Source: Prorocentrum cordatum
Lineage: Eukaryota
Assembly: GCA_963575745.1 (NCBI GenBank)
Contig: CAUYUJ010000248.1
Coordinates: forward strand, 558,001-622,000
DNA length: 64,000 nucleotides
Direction of reading: 5' to 3'
Made by a program: the position numbers and the translations under genes
Part shown: piece by piece, positions 34,690 to 47,775 of the stretch
How the letters are laid out: the number at the start of each line of letters is the position of its first letter
Numbering within the stretch: the stretch's first letter is position 1
The notes under the pieces: model-generated
The model's database searches: none
What the model saw: only the letters and a program-made list of their open reading frames with translations
What the model was told of the DNA's origin: nothing

Positions 34690-36270
34690 TGATCCGTTGG
34701 CTTTGGTGCCTCTTTGGCTTTTCGGCGCGTTATTGTTTTTTGGCGCCGCTTTGGTCTTCGGCGCGCCGTGGTTTTCGACGATCGTTTGGTACTCCGCGTA
34801 TCTTGGGGTCTTCGGCGCCTCGCCGTCGATTTCCAGCGCTCGTTTTGGTGTTCGCCGTCTCTTTGCTTTTCGGCGTTTTTGGTCGGTCTTCGTCGCCCGT
34901 TGGGTTTCGCTGCTCCTTTGACTGTGGCGCGCGTTTTGTGTTCGGCGTCTGGTTGGTTTTCGGTGCCCTTCTGGTTGTCGTCGCCCTTTTTGGTTCTGGT
35001 GGTCCTTTGGGTCTCGGCGTCCCTTTGGGTGTCGGGTTCCTTTGGATATCGGAGCTCTTTTGGTTTGCGGCGCTCTGTTCGCACTCGGCGCCTTCTAGGA
35101 TTTTGGCGCTTCATTGTTGTTCGGGTGTTTTTGTTGCTGCTGTGCGCTCTTTGGGATTACGGCGCGTCCTTGGTTTTCGCGCCCTTTGATTGTCGGCGGT
35201 TTTTGGTTTTCGAAGCCCTCATTGAGCCACAGGGGCGGGGAGGGCTTTCCAAGCCATTCTTTTCCTTTATCCGAACAGGGAGGGAGGCGGGGGGGGTGCT
35301 TCCGGCAGGGATCGACTCAGGGAAAGGAGCGTCCATGTAGTCTTCGGCGCCGCTCCGGTATTCGGCGCATCTTTGGTCGTCGTTGATTTGGTTTTCGGCA
35401 CCCTGTGGGTTCTTGGGGCATCGCTGGTTTTCGGGGTCCTGTAGGTTTTTGGTGTTCTTTGGGTTTTTGGCGCCTTTTTCCGGCGGTCCTTTAGGCTTTG
35501 GCGCTTTTTGGGTTCTCGGCGTGCTAAGGTGTTGTTGGCGCTGTGCCGGTGATCGGCGAATCGAAGGTTTTCGGCGTCTGATCGGTTTTCGGAAACCCGT
35601 TGGTTTTCGGCGCTCATTTGGTGTTCGGCGCTCCTTTGGTTTTCGGCGCATTCATAATTTTCTGCGCCGTCTTGTTGTTTCGGGTTTCTTTGAGTTTCGG
35701 TGCTCTTTGTGTTTTCGGTGTTCTTTGTGTTTGTGGCGCTCCTTTGGTTTTCGACGCCCCTTTGGTTGTCGGAGCATTATTTGTTTTCGTCGTCCTTTTG
35801 GTTTGCGGCGCCGCTGTGGTTGCTGGCGCTCTTTTGGTTTTCGGCGTTGTTGGTTATTTGGTTTTCGGCGCTCTTTTGGGGTTTCGGCACCTTCTTGGTT
35901 TTCGGCGCTCATTTGGCTGCCGCTTTTTTTTTGGGGGGGGGATGGGCGCCATTTGGATTATCGGTGTGCTTTTGGTTTACGCCGCTCCTTTGGTTTTTGC
36001 CGCTCGCTTGTTGTTTGGCAATCTTTTGATGTTCTGCGCATCTTTTGAGTGTTGCGACCTGTTGGTTGCGGGCGCCCTTTTGGTGTCCAGCGCGCCTTTG
36101 GTCTTTGGCGCGTTCTTGGTGTTCGGCGCTCGTTTCGTTTTTGGTGTTCTTTTCGGTGGTGCTTTCCTCGCTCTTTCGTATTTCTGCGCTCTTCGATTTG
36201 TGCGTTTGCGCTTTTTGGGTTTTCGGGGCAGCGTTGGGTTTCGCAGCTTTGTCTTATATTCGGCGCTTGT
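34690..36270 (+). repeat. Degenerate T/G-rich minisatellite (TTTGGTTTTCGGCGCTC-like)
   Basis: Near absence of A on the + strand and a recurrent ~18-nt motif. Confidence 0.85.
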
Positions 36271-39059
36271 CGGGGGGGGGTAGAGAGTGGGGGACACGCC
36301 CGACTCAATCCTTGCGCTGAGACCAATTCTCGACTGAATCCCCGACTTCATTCTCGATTGAATCCCCGACTTAATAATCCCCGACTCCTTATTTTCGCCG
36401 AACATCCCCCGACTTAATTCTTGCGCTGGGACCAATTCTCGACTGAATCCCCGACTTAGTTCTCGATTGGATTCCCGACTTAGTAATCCCCGACTTCTCA
36501 TGTTCGTCGAACATCCCCGACTTAATATTTAATTCTTGTTGGAGGTTCGCTTCCGAGGAGCAGAACAAAAAGGGAGGGGGGGGGGCTTCCGGCAGGGGAG
36601 GTCCAGGGGAGGGGGGGGGGAGCGGAGCCCCTGTTCCCCTTTTTGGGGGACGGGAGGGAGGGGGCTCCCCTCGCGGAGCGCGGGCGGGGGGGAGGGTACT
36701 CCAGATTTCGTAATAAAGGGAGGGGGGTCTCATTTCGGGGGGGGTCTCTTCCAGGCTATCTTGGAGGGCCTGGGGGGTTCTGGGGACGATGTTTTGGAGG
36801 GTTCTCCTACGGGGGAGGTCTGAAATGGCTTGTCTTGGAGGGTCCAGACCCCCTCCCTTTTATTACGAACTCTGGAGTAATTAGCTTAGCCTCCGAGGGG
36901 CGGGACAAAGAATAGGGGGGGATTTTTCCCAAGGGGAGGCTCCAGGGGGATTGGGGGGGCAGCGGCGAAGCCCCCCCCCCCTGGCGCTTGGGTAGGGGAG
37001 GAGGGGGGGGGGGGGGGCTAGCTTGTGGAGCGGCGCGGGCCCTCCAACCCCCCCCCCCCCCCCCCCTGGGGGCAGATCTCGGCTGTCTCTTGGCGCCTGC
37101 TCCGAGCGGGTGGAGCCTCCCCCCAGGGAGGCCGCACTCCTGCAGACAGTCGCACTGAGCAGAGGCCTGCAGCCAGAGCCCGCCCCTCCCCCCCCCCTTG
37201 CCGCGCAAGGTCGAAACGCCGAAACAAGACAGCACTCGCCAGAATGTGCGCAAGACGTGTCTCCGGGCTCCCCCCCTTGCCTGTGCCCTGTCTCCCGAAT
37301 TCAAGCTGTGCGTAGCCCGCCTAGCTTTTAGCGGAAGAGGTTCGCTCTCGCCCCGCCGACGAAAAAAGTTTCCGGGCACCCCCCCAGGGCCCCAGGAGCT
37401 GCCGGACCACGCTGACTTCCCCCTCCCCTCGGGGCGTCCTCGAAGTCTCCCCGCCGGCTCCCCAGAGAGCTTCCTCCAGGCCCCCCCCCCCCTGGGAGGC
37501 TTCTGGAACCCCGTCGAGGGTCCAATCGAGTCCAGCACAGACCAAGCTGTCTTCTGGATGGCCCTAGATGTCCCCAGAGAGCTTCAGGACGGCACGTCCA
37601 TGACGGCCCCCAGACTATCATCCTGGGCCGTATTGGGGCTCTGTGGGGGGCCTCCTGGGTTGTCTTTGGGCCAGCTTGGAGGTTGCTTGGGTCGCCTGGA
37701 GTTGACCGAGCCATGAAAAGGTGAGACTCTGCAATTCGTTAACAAACATACCAAAGAACCGCAGATGGTTGCTGTCTTTTGACTTGCTGTAGGTCCTCTG
37801 GTGGTTCTTTTGGTCCTTTTTGGAAGCATCTAGCCCGTCCTGGGGCAATATAGGGCCGCATTGGGCCGTTTGGGGCAGCCTATATTGGGCAGTATTGGCG
37901 GCCTTGCTTGCCTGCTTGAGTCGTCTTAAACGTTTCGGGGCCCACGTGTCCGTGAACGTATCTCGAGGATCGCAGCCTTGGGGAGCGCGGGCCCGCTGCT
38001 TTCTGCGAGGGATCGCAGCCTCAGGGGCCGGGGCGGGGGGGGCGGTGTATGCGACATTCTGCGAGTAGGGTGGTGGGGGGTTGTGCGTTCTACAGAAGCG
38101 CAGCCAAACTGCCCTTGGCATTGTGCCACCCCTCGTCGTGCTGGGTGACGTGGTGGCGCATTCCCGTGAGGAGAGGGGGGGATGCCTTCCGAATATCACG
38201 CCTTGGCGACGAGCCTGCGATGTCTGACTCTCCCGGTCGCGAACCTACGCATGGTACGGGCCATCGCCGTCGCTGTGCAGGTCGGCGCACTCCGTCGACT
38301 CGGGGCGAGGCGAGACGCGAGCACGACCAGTGGCGGGGGAAGGGAAGACCAGGGGAAGGATTGGGGCAGGAGGGGAGGGAAGGATTGGGCAAGAGGGGGG
38401 GGAAAGGATTTTGGCAGGATTTGGGCAGGAGGGAAGGATTTGGGAAGGAAGACCAGGGGAAGGATTGGGCAGGAGGGGAGGGAACGAAAGGGATCTGTTC
38501 CCGAGCCCGCGCCTCGACTCAGGGTAGTCTTTTCGACCCAGGGCATTATGTTCGAAACGGGCTGTTGCCGTGACGGCTCAGTGGGGCCCCGTGCGGTCTG
38601 GAAGACCAGGTGTGTCTCGTGCTGCCGCCTCCTTGGGGGCCCTGGGGAACTTCGGCGCCGCAAGATGCGTACATTTTGGGCCACCAGGATCATGCGTTAG
38701 GTTCAGCAGCTGCGCGCGCGAGTGGTCCACACTGTGGCGGGCGAGGAATTCCCGATCGACGTCATGCGCAGGTCGGCTCATTCGGCCCGCGGCGTTGGAG
38801 GCGAGACGATACGTGAGCTTGTAAGTGGGCAGGGAATGACTCTTATATGGGGAGTTGGAAGAGGGCGAGGGCACAAGGGGGAGAAAGGAAGAGTAATCAG
38901 AATGTGTTGGCCGGGCGGTTTGACAGTCCCATCTATGATGGCCCCCCCCCCGGATTCCGATTGCCATTAACTTGCATCCGAATAACTATTTTTCTCTGTC
39001 CCCCTGGAAACAAATTCCATGGATGCCGATCGATGCCACTTGTATATACCTCGGTACCA

Positions 39060-39745
39060 GGGAGAATGCCGATGGGGATGTTCCAGTCTCCCGATCAGAG
39101 AATGATGTTTCACATTGGATTTTCGCCATTGGGTTCTGGAATTCAACATCGCTCCCGTGGAACCTCACCTATCAGCGGTATGCCGCCGCCGCGCGCGCGC
39201 TGGCGATTGGTATGTTTGCATTCAGTGCCGCGTATCCACATGGGGATGTTCCCGTCTTCCAATCAGATAATGAATATTATCAATGGGTTTTCGCCATTGG
39301 GTTTTGGGGTGCAACATCGCTCCCGTTGTATCCAATCGATCAGCGGCATGCCACCGCCGCGCGGGCGCTCGCTGGCGATTGGCATGTTTGCATTCGGTGT
39401 CGTATATCCACATGGGGATGTTCCCTCTTCCGATCAGAAAATGAATTGTTACATTTGGGTTGTCGAGATCAAATTTCGTCCCGTTGCGTAAAATCTATCA
39501 GCGGCATGCCGCCGCCGCGCACGCGAAATTTCGTCCCGTTGTATAAAACCTATCAGCGGCACGCCGCCGCCGCCGCCGCCGCCGCGCGCGCGGTGGCGCT
39601 CGGCATTTTTGCGTTCAATGTCGTATATCCACATTGGGATGTTCCCGTCTTCCGAGGGAGTAGATTTTTATATTGGGTGTTCGCCATTGGGTTTTGGAGT
39701 TAAACATCGCCCCCGTTGTATATAATGTATCAGCGGCGTGCCGCA
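39060..39745 (+). repeat. ~170-bp diverged tandem repeat, ~4 units
   Basis: ATGGGGATGTTCC at ~39072, 39240, 39412, 39633; TATCAGCGG.ATGCCGCCGCC recurs. Confidence 0.85.
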
Positions 39746-40639
39746 TTTGCGTATTCAGTGCCGTTTCGCAACCCAGACAGGGCGCGCGGTGCGCAGGGAG
39801 TGGTCCCTGAGCGCAGTCTCTATCCACGCTGGGGTCGCAGGGCGTGGCAAACGCGGCCTGACGCCAAGAGGGGATGCGCAGGAATCTGCCCCTGCACGCA
39901 GGGCGCCAGGGCGGTCGCGGGGACGTTTCCAGCGATCCAGTTCGCCCCGCCTCCCAATTGTTTTCTACAGGCGCACAACAGCGCTGGGGAAAACAATGTT
40001 TCCAACTGTCTCCCCAACATTAAATTAACAGTTTTTAAACGTTTTGTTTCCCCCCCCTCCGTGCTGTGCACATGCCAGCCTTCACGTCGAAATGACCCCC
40101 TGGGGGTCGCACCCGTTTTATCATTGTCTGGGGGAAAGTCGTGGGGCTCAAATTGCGTTATTTAGTTTCGGACTACAACAGCACTGGTCCGTTCTTGATA
40201 TGTATTCGCAATGTTTTCAAATTCGCGCTCTTGTGTGGGACGTCCTCACAATGTACTCTTGAGTCGTGCTCTCGCTTGGAACCTCCGTACCATTTTTTCT
40301 GTCGCTGCGCTCTCGATCGACGCCCCAGAACCGCGTTCCCGCATGCAGCTGCCTTGCATCTTGCAAAGGGAACGTGTGCTCTCGCTCGAGGCTTCTCCGC
40401 AATGTTCAGAGCTTGTCTCGTTGTCCCCGCGCCCCCGCGCGCCCGACCCGCCTGTTCGAGAGCCCGCCTGCCCGACCAGGCATGCAGAGTCCGCCCGCCC
40501 AGCCCGCACCTGGGAGTTCGCTCGTTCTGCCTGCCTGAAGCCCCCCCGGCCGCTCCAATGCTCCGCCCGGCTGGCTCGTTGGGGTCCGCCCGCGCGACCA
40601 GCCTGTCAAGGATTTTCTTGCCCGGCGCGCCCGTCAGGG

Positions 40640-40813
40640 TCAAGTCGGGCATGCCCCTCTTCAGGAGGAGTGTTCAGAAATAGTTGCTATATATATATAT
40701 ATATATATATAGGAGACGTTGTTTCATTGATTGTCGGCCTATGTCTGATTTTTGGGGTTTGTGTTTGGGCATGCGTCCAGAATCCGCCTGTCCAGGGGAC
40801 GTGCCCGACCTAG
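40640..40813. mobile_element. MITE family A copy
   Basis: TCAAGTCGGGCATGCCCC...GGGACGTGCCCGACCTAG. Confidence 0.8.
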
Positions 40814-41044
40814 CGTTGGGACTCGCCCGCCCGCCCCTGCCCGTCAGGGGCCCCCCCTGTCCGCTCGGGCCGGACGAAAGGGGGGTGATTGGGAAAGGGG
40901 GGGTTACGAAATCTGCTGCATGCAGCTGGTCTCGGCCCCACCGAGGGCCACACTGCTCGATGCATAGCCGCCTCCGGCGCTGGGAGGCGCCGGGAAAAGG
41001 AGCTGGGCGGGCCGATTCTCAAACCTCCCTGCTGCTATCCCTTT

Positions 41045-41251
41045 GGACGCTCGAAATGGGTACGGAAAGAATGGGTACAATGCCCAACAGCAGTTACTGT
41101 TCATTCTGAGCAGGACTCGCTGTCGGTGTCGCCGCGGCCTGTGTCCATTCGAGACAGAAGGCCGCCTGCCCAACAGCGGCCGCTGTTGGTTCGGGACAAC
41201 ATTTGCTGTTGGGCATTGTACCCACTGTTTCCGTGCCCACTTCGGGCGTCC
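41045..41251. mobile_element. TIR element nested in the right end of a family H copy
   Basis: GGACGCTCGAAATGGGTACGGAAAGAATGGGTACAATGCCCAACAGCA vs TGCTGTTGGGCATTGTACCCACTGTTTCCGTGCCCACTTCGGGCGTCC. Confidence 0.8.
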
Positions 41252-43075
41252 CAAATCCCCCCCTTTTCGCCCGGCCCGGTCCGCGTGCCTCTGGCGACGC
41301 CCCCGCCCTCTGCAGCGCCCCGCCCGCCCGACCCGCGCGCGGTGGCGCCCGCCCGCCCCGGCCCGTCAGGGCCCCCCACAGGTTCAAACATAGCTTTTGA
41401 AAATAGCTTTTCCCCATGATTCCACTTCATAAGCCCTAAACCCTCTACCCCAAACCCTCTCCTCCTCCTGGCGAGCCCGTTGGTGCTTTTCTCCTCCCCC
41501 CTCTCGGGTCAGATCCTCGTCGCCCTCCCTTTCCTCCTCCTCCTCCCTTTCCTCCTCCTCCTCGTCGTTTTCCTTTTCCTCCTCCTCCTCCTCCTCTCCT
41601 CCTCCTCCTCCGCCTCCTCCTCCTCCTCCTCCTCCTCCTCCTCCTCTCGGCATCGTTTTTGGAGGAGGAGGAGGAGGACTCCTTTCTCGTTTCCTCCACC
41701 TCTCCTCGCTCTTTACCCGTGTCTTTCTCCGTCCTCCTCCGGTTTCAGGGGCCGCGCTGAATATGCATGCACGTCGAGCGGCGCGCGAGCACCGCAGAGC
41801 GGACAGCTCAAACCAGGGCTGGGCCTAAACGCTGTTTCGCTGGACGTCGGCTGTGTTTTTTCAGCTTTTTTGGGAGGAAGGCACCGGACAACAGGTAGAG
41901 CAAAACGAACCTCAAAACGAACACAAAACGAACAACACGGTTTCGGTTGAGGCTTTCTTCTTGAATATGCATGCGCACAACAAGTTCTTGCTGTCGCACC
42001 GAAGTTTGACTGATCGCTCTCGTTCGAGCGTTGGTTTCATATCATTTGACCGCGAGGTTAATGCCGCGTGTTCCGCGAGGCCCCCGTGCTGCGGCAACAA
42101 CGGCTCTCGCGTGAGACGTCCTCACGATTGATCCAGTTGCTTGCTGCAAACCTCGCCACCGCGTCTGTGCAACAGCGCTGCCGGAAGGGGATCGAGTGTA
42201 AGAACAGCGCAATTCCAACGAGTGGTCTGATACGGCCGGGTCGTAATCCCGACCTTGTCTTCATTCGAGCGGTCGGAAGTTCACAACCTGCGGCAGTTCA
42301 GCGAGTGGTCTGAACTGAGGACGGTCGTGATGCCAGCATCGTCTTCGTCCGCACGACAGGGAGGAGGAGGAGGAGAAGGAGGAGTAGGAGGGGAAGGAGG
42401 AGGACGAGGAGGAGGAGGAGGAGGAGGAGGGGGCGAGGAGGAGGAGGAGGAGGAGGAGGAAAAGGAGAGGGAGGAGAAGGAGGAGGAGGAGGACGCGGAC
42501 GCGGAGGAGGAGGAGGACTCCTTTCTCGTTTCCTCCACCTCTCCTCTCCGGGGCGAGGAGGACGAGGAGGAGGAGGAGAAGGAGGAGGAGAGGCAGAACA
42601 TGAGGACGACGAGGAGACAGGAGGCGATTGGCCCGCCTGAAGCATTCGGATGCCTGCTGTGGGGCCTCTCTGAGGCGTCTTGGTGTTCTGTGGGGGGCGC
42701 TTTGGTGCAGTCTTGGGGCTTGCTTGGGAGCCTCTTGGGCGATCTTGAGGTGCTTTTGGGCCGACTCGGGGCCCGCCTTGGGCTGTCTTGGAGCTAGAAT
42801 GGAAGCCCCTTGGGCCGTCTTGGGCGGTCGGATACCCGCATAGGCGGGAGTTTCAGTAATCGGTGGACACTTAAGGGATAATTACGCTACCGAGGAACCC
42901 CACATACTTGACTTAAATATTGAGTGTTTGCTTAAGTTTATAATATATGTGCAATTCTGCGTTCTCAGCCCTCGTCGCGAATGTTCCCCTATGTGTCATC
43001 CAACGCCATATTGCTTGAACCTCCTCCCTCTTCCTAGCCTTCTATCCTCCGTCGAGGACAGATTCGAGCCAGCCA

Positions 43076-44745
43076 GCGGCCGCGGTGAGGGACCACCCCC
43101 TGCGCACCCCCAGTGGTGTCGAGAAAATGCCGCGCCTGCTATGCCCTGGACGACCGTCGTGCATAGCGGCCGCGGTGAGGGACCACCCCCTGCGCAGCCT
43201 CTATGGTGTCGAGAAAGTGCCACGCCTGCTATGCCCTGGACGACCGTCGTGCATAGCGGCCGCGCTGAGGGACCACCCTCTGCGCACCTCCTGTGGTGTC
43301 GAGAAAGTGCCACTCCTGCCACGATCTGCGAGCGTGTCACGGATAGAGGCCGCGCTGAGGGACCACCCTCTGCGCACCCCCTGTGGTGTCGAGAAAGTGC
43401 CACTCCTGCCACGATCTGCGAGCGTGTCACGGATAGAGGCCGCGCTGAGGGACCACCCTCTGCGCACCCCCCGTGGTGTCGAGCAAGTGCCACTCCTGCC
43501 ACGATCTGCGAGCGTGTCACGGATAGAGGCCGCGCTGAGGGACCACCCTCTGCGCACCCCCTGTGGTGTCGAGCAAGTGCCACTCCTGCCACGATCTGCG
43601 AGCGTGTCACGGATACAGGCCGCGCTGAGGGACCACCACCCCTGCGCACCCCCTGTGGTGTCGAGACAGTGCCACTCCTGCCACGATCTGCGAGCGTGTC
43701 ACGGATAGAGGCCGCGCTGAGGGACCACCCTCTGCGCACCCCCTGTGGTGTCGAGAAAGTGCCACTCCTGCCACGATCTGCGAGCGTGTCACGGATAGAG
43801 GCCGCGCTGAGGGACCACCCTCTGCGCACCCCCTGTGGTGTCGAGAAAGTGCCACTCCTGCCACGATCTGCGAGCGTGTCACGGATAGAGGCCGCGCTGA
43901 GGGACCACCCTGACCCCCTGTGGTGTCGAGAAAGTGCCACTCCTGCCACGATGCCAGCGTGTCACGGATAGAGGCCGCGCTGAGGGACCACTCTGCGCAC
44001 CCCTTGTGGCGTCGAGAAAGTGCCACTCCTGCCACGATCTGCGAGCGTGTCACGGATAGAGGCCGCGCTGAGGGACCACCTTCTGCGCACCCCCTGTGGT
44101 GTCGAGAAAGTGCCACTCCTGCCACGATCTGCGAGCGTGTCACGGATAGAGGCCGCGCTGAGGGACCACCCTCTGCGCACCCCCTGTGGTGTCGAGAAAA
44201 TGCCACTCCTGCCACGATCTGCGAGCGTGTCACGGATAGAGGCGAGGCCGCGCTGAGGGACCACCCTCTGCACACCCCCTGTGGTGTCGAGAAAGTGCCA
44301 CTCCTGCCACGATCTGCGAGCGTGTCACGGATAGAGGCCGCGCTGAGGGACCACCCTCTGCGCACCCCTTGTGCGTCGAGAAAGTGCCATTCCTGCCACG
44401 ATCTGCGAGCGTGTCACGGATACAGGCCGCGCTGAGGGACCCCCCTCTGCGCCCCCCCTTGTGGTGTCGAGACAGTGCCACTCCTGCCACGATCTGCGAG
44501 CGTGTCACGGATAGAGGCCGCGCTGAGGGACCACCTTCTGCGCACCCCTTGCGGCTTCGAGAAAATGCCACTCTTGCCACGATCTGCGAGCGTGTCACGG
44601 ATAGAGGCAGCGCTGAGGGACCACCCTCTGCGCACCCTTTGTGGTGTCGAGAAAGTGCCACGCTTGCCACGATCTGCGAGCGCTTCACGGATAGAGGCCG
44701 CGCTGAGGGACCACCCTCTGCGCACCCCCACCCCCTGTGGCGTCG
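43076..44745 (+). repeat. 90-bp tandem satellite, ~18 units, followed by (CTGTG)n
   Basis: CGCG(G/C)TGAGGGACCACC at 43081, 43171, 43261, 43351, 43441, 43531, 43621... Confidence 0.97.
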
Positions 44746-45217
44746 AAGGAATGCCTTGTGTGGTATGCTGTGCTGTGCTGTGCTGTGCTGTGCTGCTGTG
44801 CGGTGAGCTGTGCTGTGCCGTGCCGTGCCGTGCCGTGTTGTGCTGTGCTGTGCTGTGCGAGAAGGAGAAGGGGAGGGGGGAGGTGTGAGACGCGGGTGCG
44901 GCGCGGCAGGGAAGAAAACCAGAACCCCACGAAACATGTGGGGAACAATGTTTTGGGTTTCCTCGGGCTTTCTTGGAGGGCCTCGTGGAGCTGGGCCGTC
45001 GTGGAGGCATCTGGGGGACGCTTTGAGGCTGTCTCCAGAGCCTCGTTAGCCGTCTTGCGCCATCTGGAGCCGTTCTGGTGTCGCGCTGGCGAAGTGTATG
45101 AGAAGCCGTCCTGGAGGCAAAGCTGGCAGCTTGGAAGACGAAGAGACCGCCAGAAAACGTTTTCTGAGGGGGCGATCTCTCGACGATGTGTGTGCGGGGG
45201 GGGGGGGGGGCCTGGAA

Positions 45218-45383
45218 TTAAGTCGGGCGTGTCCCCCTACAGGGAGATGTTGGACGAAAATGAGCAAATAAGAAGTACCCAAAACATATACAAAAGATGC
45301 CCAAACATATTCGAAAGATAGTCCCCAGACTAGTTTTTACTATTTTTGAATATTCCCCCTGTAGAGGGACAGGCCCGACTCAA
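45218..45383. mobile_element. MITE family A copy
   Basis: TSD GCCTGGAA/GCCTAGAA. Confidence 0.88.
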
Positions 45384-46833
45384 GCCTAGAACACGTGCAA
45401 CGACCCCCAAGACAACAGACGAGCATCCGGACACGCCCACCACACGTGCGGGCACGGCTGCGGCTTCGGGACCCGCGCTCCCGCCAGAGACCTCTTCGCC
45501 GCGTGCTCAGGGATTTTTCGCTCTTCGTGTAGGGCGCCCCAGAACTTTGCCCAGAACCTTGGACCGCCCGGCTACAGCAGCGGCTCCCGCTTGAGGTGCC
45601 CTCCCCCGAGTCATGCAGGACCCCCGCTCCCGCCCGAGACGTCCTTCGCCATGTACGCAGGAGTTGCGGTCTCGCCCAAAACTTCCCCGCCATTCATTCC
45701 GAACCCTTGACCGCCCGGTTACAGCAGCGGCTCCCGCTTGAGATACCCCCCCGAGTGATGCAGGACCCCCGCTCCCGCCCGAGATTCCCTCGCCATGTGC
45801 TCAGGAGTTGCGGTCTCGCCTAAAATTTCCCCGCTATTGATTCCGAACCCTTGATTGTCTGGCTACAGCAACAACGGCTCCCGACTTCCTAGGACTTTGC
45901 TCGGGATCCCTGCTCTCGCCCGAGATTCCCCCCCAATGTACTTAGGAAGCGGCTCCCGCCTGAGACTCACTCGCAAGTTATTCGGGACCCCAGCTGCGTC
46001 CCAGTTTTTCCCTCGCCGGGTTTCACCCCAGAGTTGGAATGGTCCCTCAAAAAGGGGGTGCGTCCAGAGATATCGAGGGCGGGTGCGAGGGAGAGGGAGA
46101 TACACACGAAAGTCAAACCGATTCTTAGATCAAATGGTCGTATGATGATTGTTGCTGAAGTTGGACAAGATGATAATTATTTGTGATCCCTCCCCCTCCA
46201 GTGCCCATGGCATGTTTCTATTGAAGTGCCCCTGTTGGGGCTCGCACCAGTCTTTTACAAGACAAAGTTTTTGGACTCCAAATGTTATTACTGGCTCTTG
46301 GGCAACATAAAACAGCAACAACAACCACAACGACAACAACGACGGTTCCCGCCGGACTTGTCTTCATTAGTCATTGAGGGTCGCGCTCGCGCCCTTGCTT
46401 CCCTTTTCAATTTACTCAGGAATCACACTCTCGCATGGGACTGTTGCGCAATTCATTCAGTCATGAATCATGCTTTCGCTATGGACATCCTCACGGTCTA
46501 TTTGGAATTCGCGCTATTGCTAGAGACCCCTTGGTGATTCATGCAGGACTCACACCTCAGCGACCCGCCTGCTCAACTCGCCCGTCTGGGTCCGCCCGCC
46601 CGACCCGTCCGTTACGTACCGCGGTCGCCCTTCGTTGTCCCTCGCACGTCTTCGATGGCCCTCGCTGCCCTTCGTGGTTCCGCAGTCGCCTTCCGCGGCT
46701 CCGACACTGCCCTCGTGGCCTCATCGATGCCTTTCGCGGCCTCCCTTCCCGCAGTCTTGCGGGTTCTTGTGCAGCTGCCGCGTCCCGCCGAGGTGGCCTT
46801 CCTGGAGGCACTGCTCATGCGGCCAGGCTAGCA

Positions 46834-46997
46834 TTAAGTCGGGCACGTCACTCTAAAGGAGGACAATTGAAACATAGTCAAAACAAGCAGTCAAGGAACG
46901 AATTGTTGAGTATGTTCGAAACCGTTTGGGAATCCGTTTTGACTATTCTTTATTGTTCGTCTCAAATCCCCCCTGTAGGGGGACATGCTCGACCTAA
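46834..46997. mobile_element. MITE family A copy
   Basis: Perfect TSD GGCTAGCA (46826-46833, 46998-47005). Confidence 0.92.
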
Positions 46998-47131
46998 GGC
47001 TAGCACCTGCGTAGCACACATCTATACCAACGATGGCAACCATATGATCCGTAACCGAAAATTACGCACGCAGCCATTTGACGGACGGTTTTAGATTCCC
47101 GCAGACTGCCGCGCGCCCCTGGACGGCAGCG

Positions 47132-47775
47132 ATGTCGGGCGGAGCTTACGACGACTACTTCAAGGACCCCTGCGCTCCACGCCACCTCCTCATCCTATCC
47201 GCCTACTCCCTCCTCCATCGCTCCTCCTCCTTGTCCATCTCTACTCCTCCATCCATCCCCCCTTCTCCTATTATATCCCTCCTCTTCTCCTACATCCGTC
47301 CTCCTCCCCCTCCTCCTCCTCCTCCTCCTCCTCCTCCTCCTCCTCCTCCTCCTCCTCCTCCTCCCCTCCCCCTCCTCTCCTCTCCTCTCCTCTCATCTCC
47401 TGCTCCTGCTCCTGCTCCTCCTCCTCCTCCTCCTCCTCCTCCCCCTCCTCCCCCTCCTCCTCCGTCTCCTCCTCCTCCTCCTCCTCCTCCTCCTCCTCCT
47501 CCTCCTCCTCCTCCACTCCTCCCTTCGGACGCTGCCCTCCCCCCCACCTGCATCCCTCCTGCTCCATCGCTCCTGCTCCTTCTCCTCCTCGTCGTCCTCC
47601 TCCTCCTCCTCATCATCATCAGCATCATCATCCTTTCTGCCTCATCCCTCTTCCCCCCCCCGCCGCTTCAAACTCCCTCCTGCGGCATCCCTGTCCCCAG
47701 ACCCTCCTACACCAGGAGCAGAGCGCCACAGCCATTGTCACGGTGAAGGACGTGGACGCGCCGGCCTTTATCAAG
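47132..47775 (+). CDS. RPS19: Probable 40S ribosomal protein S19 (eS19), exons 1-2 only (47132-47164, 47716-47775)
   Basis: MSGGAYDDYFK|EQSATAIVTVKDVDAPAFIK; TVKDV....F is the eS19 N-terminal motif. Intron AAG|GA...CAG; next donor AAG|GC. Downstream exons not found. Confidence 0.65.

Noticed and set aside
35600..36283. Multi-pass membrane protein ORF (LVFGA repeats)
   Set aside because: Translation of a T/G-rich minisatellite.
42928..44937. Repeat proteins encoded by the 90-bp satellites (also 51890-53686)
   Set aside because: Open in several frames on both strands, with frame-breaking indels between units; a non-coding satellite is more parsimonious.
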